Part shown: piece after piece, positions 38,580 through 50,077 of the stretch
Numbering within the stretch: position 1 is the first letter of the stretch
How the letters are laid out: every line of letters starts with the position of its first letter
Source of the DNA: OCS116 cluster bacterium AG-390-A19
Lineage (GTDB): Bacteria > Pseudomonadota > Alphaproteobacteria > MED-G09
DNA length: 64,000 nt
NCBI GenBank assembly: GCA_003278145.1
Contig: QCGV01000001.1
Coordinates: 139,616-203,615, forward strand
Direction: 5' to 3'
Program-made: the position numbers and the translations under genes
The notes under the pieces: model-generated
Database searches by the model: none
Seen by the model: only the letters and a program-made list of their open reading frames with translations
What the model was told of the DNA's origin: nothing

Positions 38580-39101
38580 ATGACAGATACTAATGACAAT
38601 CAAGACCCTTCAAGAAGAGATTTTTTATATATTACAACTGCAGTATTTGGAGCTACCGGAGCTGCAAGTGTTGCTTGGCCACTGATCGATCAGTTAAATC
38701 CAAGTGCTTCTGTTTCAGCTCTTTCAAGCATTGAAGCAGATATATCTTCAATTCCAGAAGGTGGGTCAATGAAAGTAGCTTGGAGAGGGAAGCCTATTTT
38801 TATAAGAAGGCGAACTAAAGAAGAAATTGAACTTGCAGAGAGGGAGGATTCTCTAAATCTGCCACATCCTGAAAAGGATTTAGATAGAGTTATAAACAAG
38901 GAATGGTTAGTTGTTGTAGGTGTATGTACTCATCTAGGATGCGTTCCTATAGCTGATAGCGGTGATTTTGGTGGTTGGTTCTGTCCATGCCATGGATCCC
39001 ATTATGATATATCGGGGCGAATAAGGAAAGGACCTGCTCCAACAAATCTCGAAATTCCTCCTTATGAATTTGTTAGTGAAAATATTATTAAGATTGGATA
39101 A
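38580..39101 (+). CDS. petA: Ubiquinol-cytochrome c reductase Rieske iron-sulfur subunit
   Basis: Rieske boxes CTHLGCVP and CPCHGSHYD. Tat-like SRRDFL. ATG 38580 preferred over the listed TTG 38568. Confidence 0.93.
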   Translation: MTDTNDNQDPSRRDFLYITTAVFGATGAASVAWPLIDQLNPSASVSALSSIEADISSIPEGGSMKVAWRGKPIFIRRRTKEEIELAEREDSLNLPHPEKDLDRVINKEWLVVVGVCTHLGCVPIADSGDFGGWFCPCHGSHYDISGRIRKGPAPTNLEIPPYEFVSENIIKIG

Positions 39102-39106
39102 TAAAA

Positions 39107-40384
39107 ATGAATCATGATTATCAATACACTCCTAAAAATGGCTTTTCAAAATGGTTAGATAAAAGATTACCATTAATGCGGTTTGCAGATGAAAATCTTT
39201 TAAGCTTTCCAACTCCTAAAAATTTAAATTATTTTTATACTTTTGGTTTTATATTAACGATGTGTCTCGTAACTCAGATTATTACTGGTATAGTTTTGGC
39301 AATGCATTATGTACCAAATACATCTTTAGCATTTGATAGTATCGAACATATAATGCGTGATGTTAATTATGGTTGGTTAATAAGATATATGCATTCAAAT
39401 GGTGCATCCATGTTCTTTTTAGCAGTATTTATTCATATGTTTAGAGGTTTGTACTATGGTTCTTATAAGGAGCCGAGAGAAATTATATGGATTTTAGGTG
39501 TTGTAATTTTCTTGCTTATGATAATTACTGGTTTTATGGGATATGTCCTTCCATGGGGGCAAATGAGTTTCTGGGGTGCTACTGTTATCACAAATCTTGT
39601 TGCGACTATTCCTGTTATAGGAGAACCAGTTTTGACCCTTTTATTAGGAGGTTATAGCGTTGATAATCCAACTTTGAATCGTTTCTTTAGCTTACATTAC
39701 CTTCTACCATTTGTAATTTTTGGAGTAGTTATTCTTCATATTTGGGCACTGCATGTTACAGGAAATAATAATCCTACAGGTATTGAAGTTAAAGATGATA
39801 AAGATACAATTTCTTTCCACCCATATTATACTGTAAAAGATCTTTTTGCTTACGTTGTATTTTTATTAATGTTCTGTTATTTCATCTTTTACAATCCAAA
39901 TATTTTAGGTCATCCAGATAATTATATTGAGGCTGACCCAATGTTAACTCCTGCTCATATTGTTCCTGAATGGTATCTACTCCCATTTTATGCTATTTTG
40001 AGAGCTGTTCCAGACAAGCTAATGGGAGTTTTATTAATGTTTGGTTCAATTGTTGTTTTATTCTTCTTACCTTGGTTAGATACGATGAAAGTTAAATCAG
40101 CGCGTTACAGACCACTGTATAAAATATTTTTTCTTTTCTTTGTTATTTTTTGCCTACTTTTGGGTTATTTAGGTGCAAAGCCTCCTGAGGGTATATATTT
40201 GTTACTCTCTAGGGTAAGTACTATTTATTATTTTGCTTTTTTCTTAGTAATAATGCCAATTTTAAGCCGAATAGAAAAACCATCACCAATGCCTATTGGT
40301 ATATCAAATCCAGCCATTAACAATACTTCTGATAGTGATGGTGGAGTTTCAGGTACGCCATCATACGCAATGGATAGTAAATAG
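39107..40384 (+). CDS. petB: Cytochrome b
   Basis: [27 protein letters not shown] and [13 protein letters not shown] motifs. Length 425 aa. Confidence 0.95.
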   Translation: MNHDYQYTPKNGFSKWLDKRLPLMRFADENLLSFPTPKNLNYFYTFGFILTMCLVTQIITGIVLAMHYVPNTSLAFDSIEHIMRDVNYGWLIRYMHSNGASMFFLAVFIHMFRGLYYGSYKEPREIIWILGVVIFLLMIITGFMGYVLPWGQMSFWGATVITNLVATIPVIGEPVLTLLLGGYSVDNPTLNRFFSLHYLLPFVIFGVVILHIWALHVTGNNNPTGIEVKDDKDTISFHPYYTVKDLFAYVVFLLMFCYFIFYNPNILGHPDNYIEADPMLTPAHIVPEWYLLPFYAILRAVPDKLMGVLLMFGSIVVLFFLPWLDTMKVKSARYRPLYKIFFLFFVIFCLLLGYLGAKPPEGIYLLLSRVSTIYYFAFFLVIMPILSRIEKPSPMPIGISNPAINNTSDSDGGVSGTPSYAMDSK

Positions 40385-40393
40385 GTATCAAGT

Positions 40394-41185
40394 ATGAATA
40401 TTTTTAGAAATATCTTTAAAAATAATATGTTTATTTTTCTTGTCTTAATTTTTGGCTTTAGTGTGACTGCTAATTCTGCTGAAGGAACAACTTTTAAAAA
40501 TTTGAAACCTGGTTTTTCTTTTGAAGGCCCATTCGGTAAATTTGACAAAGAAAGTTTAAAAAGAGGTTATCAAGTTTATTCTGAAGTTTGTTCTTCTTGC
40601 CATGGGCTGAAACAATTATCTTTTAGAAATTTATCACAACCAGGTGGACCTGAATTTTCTATCGAAAGGGTAAAAGAAATTGCTTCAGGATACTCTATTA
40701 CTGATGGATTTGATGAGTATGGCGAGCCCTTAGAAAGGTCAATGTTGCCAAGTGACCGTTTTCCAAGACCATATGGCAGTAAGGAAGAGGCAAAAGGTGC
40801 AAATAATGGAGCTTATCCTCCTGATTTATCTCTTATTGTTAAAGCCCGTGCTGATGGATATAATTATCTCTATTCTCTTTTAAAAGGATATGAAGAAGAA
40901 ATTCCTGAAGATTTAGATATTGGTGATTTGAGTTATAATCCCTGGTATCCCGGTGGAGCAATAGCCATGTATCAACCTTTATATGACGAGTCTGTTGAGT
41001 ATGAGGATGGTACTTTAGCTACTATAGATCAAATGTCATATGATGTTGCAAATTTTCTTACCTGGGCAGCTGAACCTACTATGGAAGAAAGAAAAAGATT
41101 GGGTTTTATAGTAATGGGATTTTTAATTATTTTTGTTATTTTGATGTATTTAAGCGTAAGTAGATTATTTAGAGATGTTCATTAA
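40394..41185 (+). CDS. petC: Cytochrome c1
   Basis: CSSCHG heme-binding motif, GAYPPDLS, C-terminal TM anchor. Follows petB. Confidence 0.92.
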   Translation: MNIFRNIFKNNMFIFLVLIFGFSVTANSAEGTTFKNLKPGFSFEGPFGKFDKESLKRGYQVYSEVCSSCHGLKQLSFRNLSQPGGPEFSIERVKEIASGYSITDGFDEYGEPLERSMLPSDRFPRPYGSKEEAKGANNGAYPPDLSLIVKARADGYNYLYSLLKGYEEEIPEDLDIGDLSYNPWYPGGAIAMYQPLYDESVEYEDGTLATIDQMSYDVANFLTWAAEPTMEERKRLGFIVMGFLIIFVILMYLSVSRLFRDVH

Positions 41186-42283
41186 TTAATTATTAAATCT
41201 AAAGTTCATAATATCCCCATCTTTGACTTCATATTCTTTGCCCTCAAGTCTTATCTTTCCAGAGTCCTTTGCTTCATTGTAACTTGAGTAGTTTATAAGT
41301 TCATCGTAATTAATTGTTTCTGCTCTAATAAATCCCTTCTCAAAGTCAGTATGTATTTTACCAGCAGACTCTGGTGCCAATGTATTTCTAGGTATTGTCC
41401 ATGCTCTTGTTTCTTTTGGTCCAGAAGTAAAATAAGTAACTAGGTCTAATGCGTTATAACCTTCATTAATCAAAGTATTTAATCCTGGTTCAGCTAAGCC
41501 TAGAGAATCAATATATTCATTTCTATCCTCATCATTTAAAACAGATATTTGACTCTCAATACTTGCAGAAATTTTTATTACATCAATTTCTTTAGTTGCA
41601 CCATACTCATCAATTTCTTTTGAGTATTTATTTCCAGAATTAGCGCTTACCTCGTCAACATTACAAACATAAATCATTTTTTTGCTAGTAAGGAGTGAAA
41701 ATTCTTCAAAATACTTTATATTTTTTTCATCAAGAGATTTGAAATCAAACAAACTATTATTATTTAGTTTTTCTAATATTTCATCGATTAATATTAATTT
41801 TTCTTTAGAATCTTTATCATTGCTTTTTGCTTTTTTTTCTAATGATACTTGTCTTTTTTCTAAGTTAGAAATATCAGATAGAAGGAGTTCTGTTTCAATA
41901 ATCTCAATATCTTTTATTGGATCAATTTGTCCATTAACATGTGTGATATTATCATCTTCAAAACATCTTACAACATGAGCAACTGCATCAACTTCTTTTA
42001 TGTTAGATAAAAATTGATTACCAAGACCTTCGCCTTGAGATGCACCTTTGACAAGACCAGCAATATCCACGAAGGTCAATCTTGCAGGTATAATTCTCTC
42101 AGATTTATTTAATTTTGATAATACTTCCAACCTTTTGTCAGGAACATCAACTTCTCCAATATTTGGTTCAATGGTACAGAAAGGATAATTTTCAGCTTGT
42201 GCAGCCGATGTTCGCGTAAGAGCATTAAATAAAGTTGATTTTCCAACATTTGGTAAACCAATTATTCCACAACGAAAGCCCAT
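41186..42283 (-). CDS. ychF: Ribosome-binding ATPase YchF
   Basis: GIIGLPNVGKSTLFNALT P-loop, TGS and C-terminal domain (EGKEYEVKDGDIMNFRFN). Confidence 0.95.
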   Translation of the reverse strand: MGFRCGIIGLPNVGKSTLFNALTRTSAAQAENYPFCTIEPNIGEVDVPDKRLEVLSKLNKSERIIPARLTFVDIAGLVKGASQGEGLGNQFLSNIKEVDAVAHVVRCFEDDNITHVNGQIDPIKDIEIIETELLLSDISNLEKRQVSLEKKAKSNDKDSKEKLILIDEILEKLNNNSLFDFKSLDEKNIKYFEEFSLLTSKKMIYVCNVDEVSANSGNKYSKEIDEYGATKEIDVIKISASIESQISVLNDEDRNEYIDSLGLAEPGLNTLINEGYNALDLVTYFTSGPKETRAWTIPRNTLAPESAGKIHTDFEKGFIRAETINYDELINYSSYNEAKDSGKIRLEGKEYEVKDGDIMNFRFNN

Positions 42284-42286
42284 AAT

Positions 42287-42871
42287 TTATTTTTTAAATT
42301 GAAGAATATTCTTCTGAAATTTTTTTTCATCGCCCTCGATAAGGGTAGATATATTTTCAGCAATCGAGGTTAATATTTTTTGAAGTGTTTCAGCATCTTC
42401 TTTTGAGAGGTCTCCTAAGACATGACCAGTAACTTTTTCTTTCTCACCAGGGTGACTAATACCTATTCTTATTCGAAAATAATCTGTTCCAATATTCTCA
42501 TCTATAGATTTTAGACCATTATGGCCAGCATGACCGCCACCTTTTTTAACTCTAACCTGCCCAAAAGGTAAATCAAGTTCATCATGAAAAACAATTATTC
42601 TCTCCGGGCCTATTTTATAAAAATTTGACGCTTCTCTTACTGCTCTTCCAGATTCATTCATAAAGGTTTGAGGTTTGAAAGAAATCAACTTTCTTTCATC
42701 AAGAGAACCCATTGCGGTTCTACCTAAAAATTTTGTTCTGCTTCTTCCAAATTTATGAAAAGATGAAAGACAGTCTAAAGCCATAAAGCCAACATTGTGT
42801 CTGTTATTTTTATGCTTTTCACCAGGGTTGCCAAGCCCAACAAAAAGAATTGTATCGTTTGATAAAGCCAA
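42287..42871 (-). CDS. pth: Peptidyl-tRNA hydrolase
   Basis: VGLGNPG..HNVGF, HDELDLPFG, GGHAGHNGLKS. Confidence 0.95.
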   Translation of the reverse strand: MALSNDTILFVGLGNPGEKHKNNRHNVGFMALDCLSSFHKFGRSRTKFLGRTAMGSLDERKLISFKPQTFMNESGRAVREASNFYKIGPERIIVFHDELDLPFGQVRVKKGGGHAGHNGLKSIDENIGTDYFRIRIGISHPGEKEKVTGHVLGDLSKEDAETLQKILTSIAENISTLIEGDEKKFQKNILQFKK

Positions 42872-42880
42872 GGTTTCTAA

Positions 42881-43585
42881 TTATTCCTTTTCTTCTGAAT
42901 CAGCTGCATCGGTCTCTGCTTCTTCACTTCCCTCTGCTTGATCATCACCTTCGGCAGCCTCTGGTGCTTCAGGAGCTTCCGCATCAGCAGCATCAAGAGC
43001 TTCAATTTCTTCTTCACTCTTAGGAGCTGCAATACTTGCAATAGTAATATCTCTATCAGTAATTGCAGAGACGATACCTTCAGGAAGCTTGACATCGGAT
43101 AAATGAACTGTTCCGCCAATTTCGAGACCAGTGAGATCCACCTCAACCACTTCTGGAATATTTGTAGCTGGGCAGTCGAGCTCTACTGTATAACGACTTA
43201 CATTAAGAATACCACCTTCTTTTAATCCAGGTGATTCTTCTTCAGCAATAAAACTAACTGAAACTTCAACCGAAATTCTAGCATCGGCACCAAGGCGAAG
43301 AAGGTCTACATGAATGATATTGCCTTTGACTGGGTGAAGTTGAACATCTTTTGATATTGCTTTAAATTTTTCACCACTTGATGTTTCAACATCTATTAAC
43401 TGAGATAACATTTTACCTGAGTTATATAGTTTTAAGGCTTCAATAGCGCTTAGACTTGCTGCCATAGGTTCTTTTTTGTCACCATAAATTATACACGGTA
43501 TCTGACCGTTTTTTCTAATTAACCTAGCTTGAGACTTACCTGTTTCTTCTCTTTCTTCAGCTTTCAATAAGGTGGTTTCTGCCAT
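42881..43585 (-). CDS. rplY: 50S ribosomal protein L25 / general stress protein Ctc, with an acidic C-terminal tail
   Basis: ARLIRKNGQIPCIIYG and HPVKGNIIHVDLLR motifs. Located between prs and pth. Confidence 0.9.
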   Translation of the reverse strand: MAETTLLKAEEREETGKSQARLIRKNGQIPCIIYGDKKEPMAASLSAIEALKLYNSGKMLSQLIDVETSSGEKFKAISKDVQLHPVKGNIIHVDLLRLGADARISVEVSVSFIAEEESPGLKEGGILNVSRYTVELDCPATNIPEVVEVDLTGLEIGGTVHLSDVKLPEGIVSAITDRDITIASIAAPKSEEEIEALDAADAEAPEAPEAAEGDDQAEGSEEAETDAADSEEKE

Positions 43586-43658
43586 CCTTTCTCTCCAAAA
43601 AATATAATTAAAATTTTTCCTGTGGCGCGTTATAACCCTGCTTTGGAATCAAATCAAG

Positions 43659-44591
43659 TTAATCAAACAAACTTGATACAGATTTTTCGTCAGATATTCT
43701 TTTAATTGCTTCTCCAAGAAGGGATGAAATTGAAATAACATCAATTTTATCTGATTTTTTTACTGCATCTGACTCTTCAATTGTGTCAGTAATTAATAAT
43801 TTTGTTAAGGATGAATTATTTACTCTTTCAACTGCTTTTCCCGAGAGCACACCATGTGTTACATATGAATATACTTTTGTAGCCCCTTGTTTAATAAGGG
43901 CATCAGATGCATTACAGAGTGTACCTGCAGAGTCAACAATATCATCAATCATAAAGCATTCCCTTCCTTCAACATCACCAATAATATTCATTACCTCAGA
44001 TTCTCCAGCTCTTTCCCTTCTCTTATCAACTATTGCAAGATCAGCGCCAATTCTTTTAGCTATAATTCTTGCTCTAACAACACCTCCAACATCGGGCGAG
44101 ACAATTATAGGGGTATCTTTCGTTAATTTACTTTTTATATCTTCAACTAAAACAGGAGCTGCAAATAAATTATCAGTTGGAATATCAAAAAAACCTTGGA
44201 TTTGACCTGCATGCAGATCCATTGTTAAAACTCTGTTTGCACCAGCTTTATCTATCATATTTGCAACTAGTTTTGAAGTAATGGGTGTTCTTGGCCCTGG
44301 CTTTCTGTCTTGTCTTGCATAACCATAATATGGAATAACAGCTGTTATTCTTTTTGCAGATGCTCTTCGAAGGGTATCAATAATAATTAATAGTTCCATT
44401 AAATTGTCATTTGCTGGATAAGATGTTGATTGAATAACAAACACATCTTCTCCACGAACATTTTCTTTCATTTCAACAAAGATTTCATTATCAGCAAATC
44501 TTTTTACATCACAATTTGATAACTCAAGACCAACATATTTACTAATACCATCAGCTAATTTTAAATTTGAATTCCCAGTTACTAACTTCAT
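43659..44591 (-). CDS. prs: Ribose-phosphate pyrophosphokinase
   Basis: [21 protein letters not shown] and DDIVDSAGT motifs. Confidence 0.96.
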   Translation of the reverse strand: MKLVTGNSNLKLADGISKYVGLELSNCDVKRFADNEIFVEMKENVRGEDVFVIQSTSYPANDNLMELLIIIDTLRRASAKRITAVIPYYGYARQDRKPGPRTPITSKLVANMIDKAGANRVLTMDLHAGQIQGFFDIPTDNLFAAPVLVEDIKSKLTKDTPIIVSPDVGGVVRARIIAKRIGADLAIVDKRRERAGESEVMNIIGDVEGRECFMIDDIVDSAGTLCNASDALIKQGATKVYSYVTHGVLSGKAVERVNNSSLTKLLITDTIEESDAVKKSDKIDVISISSLLGEAIKRISDEKSVSSLFD

Positions 44592-44615
44592 TATGTCCCC
44601 ATTTTATTCGGATTA

Positions 44616-45689
44616 TTATTCTATATTTGTCGTTGTACCACAGGTAAATCCCTCAAGCGAGGGGAAATTTTTTGGTGCAAGAGCAATCACTTTAAACAAT
44701 TCTCCCATTTCATTATCATTCATTAATCTATTTAAACCATTCCTTAACTCTTGCTTCTGATGATCATTTGCAGTTTTTTCTAGAATATCTAATCTTTCTA
44801 AAGCTCCCATGTTTTTTAAGAATAAACCTTGTGTGTTGGGTCCATATACATCAATTTTATTCTCCTTTGCATTTAACTGGATATCTTTGAAATTTACATG
44901 ACTTGTTAAATCAATAAAACCAGGATCATCTAGTGGATTAGCAAATTTATTATTTTTAACCCCTTGAAAACTATCTCCATTACCTTCTAAATATCCATAA
45001 TCAAAAAATATTGCTGCACCTGAGTTTTTTTTAATAAAGCTTGAAATATAATTAATTATTTTTCTAATCTTAAAGTTAATTTCGATTATGGATCCTTCTT
45101 TTATGTCATTATGATCATTTTTGAATAATTTTTTTGATAGCTCTGTATTTTCGTATGAAAAAAATAGCTTATTATTCTTTGAGCTTATGCAGACTTCCTT
45201 CCAACTCTTATCTTTTTTAATAAATTGATGTATGGGCAATGCGTCTAAAAACTCATTTCCTATAAAAATAGTAGTTTTATTTGGTATATCCTCAATTTTT
45301 TTAAAGTGTGAGGCATCTTTTAATGCCTTTTTTTGTTGTTTTTTTAACTCATCATTAATATCTACAAAAACAAAATTACTGACTTTACCCTTTAGAACTC
45401 TATTAATATCTTTTAGCAAAGTACCTCTACCACCACCTAAATCCACAACTTGAAAATTTTTTGGTTTATTTAATTTAATCCATATATCTAATATCCATAT
45501 TCCAATTATTTCTCCAAAAATTTGAGATATGTCAGGAGATGTAACAAAATCACCACCAGACCCAAGTGGCATTTTTTTTCTGTAATATCCGTATTTTTTA
45601 TCCCCTAGAGATATTTCCATAAATTTAGCTAATGAAATGGGACCATTTTCATTAATTAGATTATGTATTTTCTTTTTAAGAATATTCAT
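44616..45689 (-). CDS. SAM-dependent methyltransferase, MidA/NDUFAF7 (DUF185) family
   Basis: GDFVTSPDISQIFGEIIGIW, VDLGGGRGTL and NEFLDALPIHQF motifs. Confidence 0.75.
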   Translation of the reverse strand: MNILKKKIHNLINENGPISLAKFMEISLGDKKYGYYRKKMPLGSGGDFVTSPDISQIFGEIIGIWILDIWIKLNKPKNFQVVDLGGGRGTLLKDINRVLKGKVSNFVFVDINDELKKQQKKALKDASHFKKIEDIPNKTTIFIGNEFLDALPIHQFIKKDKSWKEVCISSKNNKLFFSYENTELSKKLFKNDHNDIKEGSIIEINFKIRKIINYISSFIKKNSGAAIFFDYGYLEGNGDSFQGVKNNKFANPLDDPGFIDLTSHVNFKDIQLNAKENKIDVYGPNTQGLFLKNMGALERLDILEKTANDHQKQELRNGLNRLMNDNEMGELFKVIALAPKNFPSLEGFTCGTTTNIE

Positions 45690-46491
45690 TTTTTAAAGAT
45701 TGAAAAATTAGAATTAAACCAGCGATTAAAAAAGGAAGAGATAATATCATACCCATTGTAATATTTAGAAAAATATATCCGATGTGAAAGTCTGGTTCAC
45801 GAAAGTTTTCTACTAGTATTCTTGATAAAGAATAAAAGAATAGAAAGGTACCACTGATTAATCCTCTTTTCTTGAGTCCATTTGAGAAAACGAGTGCACA
45901 TAAAATAATAAATAGAGCTAAACCCTCTAAACTAGCTTCATATAATTGACTTGGATGCCTTGGATTAATTCCTGCATTTGGAAATATTACTCCCCAAGAT
46001 AAATTTGTCTCTTTTCCCCATAATTCTCCATTAATAAAGTTAGCAATTCTTCCAAAAAAAAGACCTATTGGAACAACTGCGCAAACTACATCACCCGTTT
46101 CCAAAATTGGAATTTTATGATATTTGGAATAGGAAATTATAGCTATAATAACCCCTAATGCACCCCCATGAAAAGACATACCTCCTTCCCATAAAGACAA
46201 TATTAGTAGTGGATTGTTAAGATAGAAATCAAAATTATAGAAGATTACATAACCAAATCTTGCACCAAAAATTATACCAAAAACTATCCAAATAAAGATT
46301 TCATCAATATTTTTTTTTGTAATTAATAAATTGCAGTTTTCTTTTTTTGCCTCAACTATTTTTAGAGCATAAAAAAGGCCTAAAACCATTCCTGCCATAT
46401 ACGCAAGGCCATACCAATATACATTTATTGGGCCAACTGAGAAGGCTATTGGATTAATATCTAATATATAATTTTTCATATAAGAATTCAT
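45676..46491 (-). CDS. lgt: Prolipoprotein diacylglyceryl transferase
   Basis: WYGLAYMAG, GGMSFHGGALG, GRIANFINGELWG, RHPSQLYE. Confidence 0.92.
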   Translation of the reverse strand: MNSYMKNYILDINPIAFSVGPINVYWYGLAYMAGMVLGLFYALKIVEAKKENCNLLITKKNIDEIFIWIVFGIIFGARFGYVIFYNFDFYLNNPLLILSLWEGGMSFHGGALGVIIAIISYSKYHKIPILETGDVVCAVVPIGLFFGRIANFINGELWGKETNLSWGVIFPNAGINPRHPSQLYEASLEGLALFIILCALVFSNGLKKRGLISGTFLFFYSLSRILVENFREPDFHIGYIFLNITMGMILSLPFLIAGLILIFQSLKNEYS

Positions 46492-46594
46492 ACATATTTA
46501 TATCACTAATTTGAAATTTTTTATCATTATTAGCTATTATCTTTTTTCAATTTGTAGTATGATAAGTCTTTTCAAATACTATATGTGGTAATTT

Positions 46595-47086
46595 ATGGCA
46601 TTAGCAAAAAATATTGAAATTTTTGAACATCCTCTTGATACTGTTGAAATAGTTGCAAGTTTGAGAGACTGGACTTACGAGAGAAGTGAAACAGAGGTTT
46701 CTATACTTGCTAAAGGAAAATGGTCAGATTATCAAATATCAGTTACCTGGGTTGATGATTATGAGGGTATTAATATAGTTTGTGGTTTTGATTTAAAATT
46801 TCAAAATATACATAAAGATAAAATACTTGAATTAGTGACATCTATTAATAATCAAATGTGGCTTGGTCATTTTGATGTTTGGGTTGATGATGGTATTGTT
46901 TTGTATAGAAACACTTCTTTATTTAATAGAGATAGAGTTTCTCAAGAACAGTTAGATAATGTGATGGTTAGGGCTGTATCAGCTTGCGATCAATTTTTCC
47001 CAGCATTTCAATATATTTTATGGGCTGGAAAGAATTCAAAAGAAGCATTGGAGGCTGTTCTTTTTAATACTGAGGGTGAGGCATAA
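46595..47086 (+). CDS. YbjN-like domain protein (unknown function)
   Basis: Size, charge pattern and position directly upstream of proC match the alphaproteobacterial YbjN-type gene. No catalytic motif. Confidence 0.5.
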   Translation: MALAKNIEIFEHPLDTVEIVASLRDWTYERSETEVSILAKGKWSDYQISVTWVDDYEGINIVCGFDLKFQNIHKDKILELVTSINNQMWLGHFDVWVDDGIVLYRNTSLFNRDRVSQEQLDNVMVRAVSACDQFFPAFQYILWAGKNSKEALEAVLFNTEGEA

Positions 47087-47098
47087 AACTTTAGGGTA

Positions 47099-47920
47099 AT
47101 GAATGATTCTCAAAAATTATTGATTATTGGCCTAGGGAAAATGGGAGCTAGTCTTTTAAAAGGATTAATCTCAGAAAAATCACTTAATTTAGGAATATCA
47201 GTTGTAGAGCCTAATGCAAATAACATAAATACAGACTTTATTAGTAATAATATTGATCACTACTTATCTATTGATGAAATTAATAATTTTGATTTTGATA
47301 TAGTCATTTTTGCTATTAAACCGCAAATTGTTAAAGAGGTTTGTGAAGAAATTTTATCAGTTTCTAAGAATAAGACTTTCTCCTTAATATCAATTTTAGC
47401 AGGAACAAAAATAAAAACATTTGAGAGGTTTTTTAATAACTATCCAATAATTAGAACAATGCCTAATTTAGCTGCCTCAGAAGGAAGTAGTATAACAGCT
47501 CTCTACGGAAACAGTTTTGTGAATAATAATTTGAAGATACTTACAGAAGAAATTTTTTCTAAAATCGGTGATCATTTTTGGATCAAAAATGAAAATGATA
47601 TGGATATTATAACCGCTATATCTGGTTCGGGGCCAGCATACTTCTTTTATTTAACTGAGTGTTTAAGTACTATTGCTATAGAAATGGGATTAAATGTAAA
47701 AGATATAGATAAATTTACAAAAATGGTTGCAAAAGGCTCGTCTGACTTAATGCTGTCCTCAGATAAATCAGTAAGTGAGTTGAGAGAAAATGTTACTTCA
47801 AAGGCAGGAACTACAGAAGCTGCTTTCGATGTATTAGATGACTCAGAAAAAACTTTCTATAATCTTCTAAGAAGTGCAATAAAAAATGCAATAAAGAGAA
47901 GTAAAGAATTGAGTGATTAA
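47099..47920 (+). CDS. proC: Pyrroline-5-carboxylate reductase
   Basis: IIGLGKMG Rossmann motif, RTMPNLAA, SGSGPAYFFY, TSKAGTTEAA. Confidence 0.9.
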   Translation: MNDSQKLLIIGLGKMGASLLKGLISEKSLNLGISVVEPNANNINTDFISNNIDHYLSIDEINNFDFDIVIFAIKPQIVKEVCEEILSVSKNKTFSLISILAGTKIKTFERFFNNYPIIRTMPNLAASEGSSITALYGNSFVNNNLKILTEEIFSKIGDHFWIKNENDMDIITAISGSGPAYFFYLTECLSTIAIEMGLNVKDIDKFTKMVAKGSSDLMLSSDKSVSELRENVTSKAGTTEAAFDVLDDSEKTFYNLLRSAIKNAIKRSKELSD

Positions 47921-49248
47921 GAAATCTTTGGAAGATTGATTTCAACTTTTAAACCACCCATTTCACTCTTTGAGAGATTAAGATCTCCATCAAGAGTTTT
48001 TATGATATCTTGGGAGATTGATAATCCGAGCCCTGATCCGGCTATATTTTGGTTTCTTGATGAGTCCAGCCTCTGAAATGGTTTTAAGGCTTTTTCATAG
48101 TCTTTCTCACTTATTCCAGGTCCATTATCCTCTATATTAATATTGATTTCATTATCTGACTCTGAAAGTTTAATAATAATTTTATCACCATATGCTTTAG
48201 CATTATTAATAATATTAATAATACATCTTTTGAGTGCAATATATTTACATTTATGATTAATTTCATTTTTTTTCAGAGGCTTGAAAATAATAAACTTGTT
48301 CTCATCTTTGCTTGTATCAATAACCTCTTCAATCAATTTATTAATGTTCACTAATGAACTTTCCTCGCTCGAAACGGTTTGTGAAAAATCTAAGTATGTT
48401 TCAAGCATATATTGCATCTCATCTACGTCTTTAAGTAGTTCTTCATTTTCTCTATTTTTTGAAAGCATTTCCAGTTGAAGTTTTATTCTTGTAAGAGGCG
48501 TTCTTAAATCGTGACTTACACCTGCCAACATTAAGGTTCTTTGCTCAATAAATTTTTCGATTCTTTCTTGCATTTTAATATATGCATCAGCAGCCTTTCT
48601 TACTTCAGAAGCACCGGATGGTTTAAAATTCTCAATTTTCTTACCCATTCCAAAAGACTCAGCAGCCTTAGCAAGCTTTTCAATAGGTTTAATTTGTTGT
48701 CTCAAAAATAATATGGCGATTGATAAAATTAATATCGAAGATATAACCATCCATACTAAAAAAATATGACTATTTGTAGCATATACATTTCTTCTAGGAA
48801 TCAAAAACTCAATAATACTTGAACCGAGAGGAATTATTACTTTTACTTTTTTTTCTTCAGGAAAATCCTGGACCCATGTTTTTGTATCCAATCTCTCTCC
48901 AATTTCTCTCACAAGAGTTCTTTCAACAATTGTTTTGGGAATATTATTGTCTAAGGATATTTCCTGATTTGAATAGTAATTAATTGAAATATCATAGAAT
49001 TCTTTAGCATAAGAAGAAATTGTCTCTTGATCAGTTTCTTTCTGCATTTTAATAATCATTCCAATTTCAGAAACAACTGATGAGGATAATTTTTTGGTTA
49101 CTAACTGCCAATGCCTCTCAAGAAATACAAAAGTTAAGATTGCTTGCAATACAACTATGGGTGCTATTATTATAATTAATGATCTTGTATAAAGACCATT
49201 AGGTGAAATTTTTTTTAATTTTTTAAATATTGGTATGTCAATTTTCAT
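47917..49248 (-). CDS. Two-component sensor histidine kinase (EnvZ-like, two TM plus HAMP)
   Basis: H-box SHDLRTPLTRI, N-box NAKAY, G-boxes DNGPGI and GSGLGLS. Start set at ATG 49248, which forms an ATGA overlap with the regulator stop; the ORF track extends to 49299. Confidence 0.88.
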   Translation of the reverse strand: MKIDIPIFKKLKKISPNGLYTRSLIIIIAPIVVLQAILTFVFLERHWQLVTKKLSSSVVSEIGMIIKMQKETDQETISSYAKEFYDISINYYSNQEISLDNNIPKTIVERTLVREIGERLDTKTWVQDFPEEKKVKVIIPLGSSIIEFLIPRRNVYATNSHIFLVWMVISSILILSIAILFLRQQIKPIEKLAKAAESFGMGKKIENFKPSGASEVRKAADAYIKMQERIEKFIEQRTLMLAGVSHDLRTPLTRIKLQLEMLSKNRENEELLKDVDEMQYMLETYLDFSQTVSSEESSLVNINKLIEEVIDTSKDENKFIIFKPLKKNEINHKCKYIALKRCIINIINNAKAYGDKIIIKLSESDNEININIEDNGPGISEKDYEKALKPFQRLDSSRNQNIAGSGLGLSISQDIIKTLDGDLNLSKSEMGGLKVEINLPKIS

Positions 49249-49943
49249 GATGAGTTTGGTCTTAAAATATAGCCTTTTCCTCGAACAGTTTGAAGCCATA
49301 TTGGCATAGTTGGGTCATCTTCAATTTTTTTTCTTAATCTATTAATGCCTACATCTATAGCCCTTCCTGGTTCATCAACCCCAGCTAATTCTTCTCTACT
49401 CATTGGTAGACCAGAATTTTTTGCAAGAGATATCAGCAGGTTTAATTCTTGTTCGGTTAAATAAACTCTTTTTCCAGATTTAGTAAAGTTTCTAGTTTCA
49501 ATGTTTAAAGTGAATTCACCAAAATTAACTTCTGGATTTAAAATTTTATCATTATTTGATCTTCTTAAAATTGAATTTATTCTCAGTAATAATTCTTTTG
49601 GGTTAAATGGTTTCGTTACATAATCATCTGCGCCTATTTCTAATCCTTCAATTTTAGAGTCAATTTCAGATTTGGCAGTTAATAAAATTATTGGTGTTTG
49701 AGATATTTCTCTTATTTCATTAGTGAATTCAAATCCATCAAAATTAGGCATCATTACATCTAAAATAATAAGGTCAAAATCTAATATTTTCATTTTCTGA
49801 CGTGCTGTAATAGCTGAGTCAGCTGTCGAAATAATAAAACCTTCATTAACAAGATACTCTTTTAATAATGTTCTTATTCTCTCATCATCATCAACGACAA
49901 GAAGATTTTTTAAGTTGTTTTTATTAATATCTATCTCATTCAT
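49245..49943 (-). CDS. OmpR-family response regulator
   Basis: Receiver domain (DDDERIR, DLIILDVMMP, LTAK) plus a winged-helix output domain (LTEQELNLL, RGKGY). Confidence 0.92.
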   Translation of the reverse strand: MNEIDINKNNLKNLLVVDDDERIRTLLKEYLVNEGFIISTADSAITARQKMKILDFDLIILDVMMPNFDGFEFTNEIREISQTPIILLTAKSEIDSKIEGLEIGADDYVTKPFNPKELLLRINSILRRSNNDKILNPEVNFGEFTLNIETRNFTKSGKRVYLTEQELNLLISLAKNSGLPMSREELAGVDEPGRAIDVGINRLRKKIEDDPTMPIWLQTVRGKGYILRPNSS

Positions 49944-50077
49944 AATTCATTAATAGTATAATAATTAAGATTATAAAATATTTTAAATTTCTATTTATTT
50001 TTTTAATAATCAATTTTATTGACTACATTAAGTCTCAATGATACCGATTTTTACTATATAAATAAATTTTTTTTGGA

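Noticed and set aside
42881-43020. GC-richer, highly acidic Ala/Glu/Asp tail of L25/Ctc, and the shadow ORF 42877-43146.
   Set aside because: Acidic low-complexity C-terminal extensions are common in alphaproteobacterial Ctc-type L25. The overlapping ORF is a frame-shifted shadow of this region.
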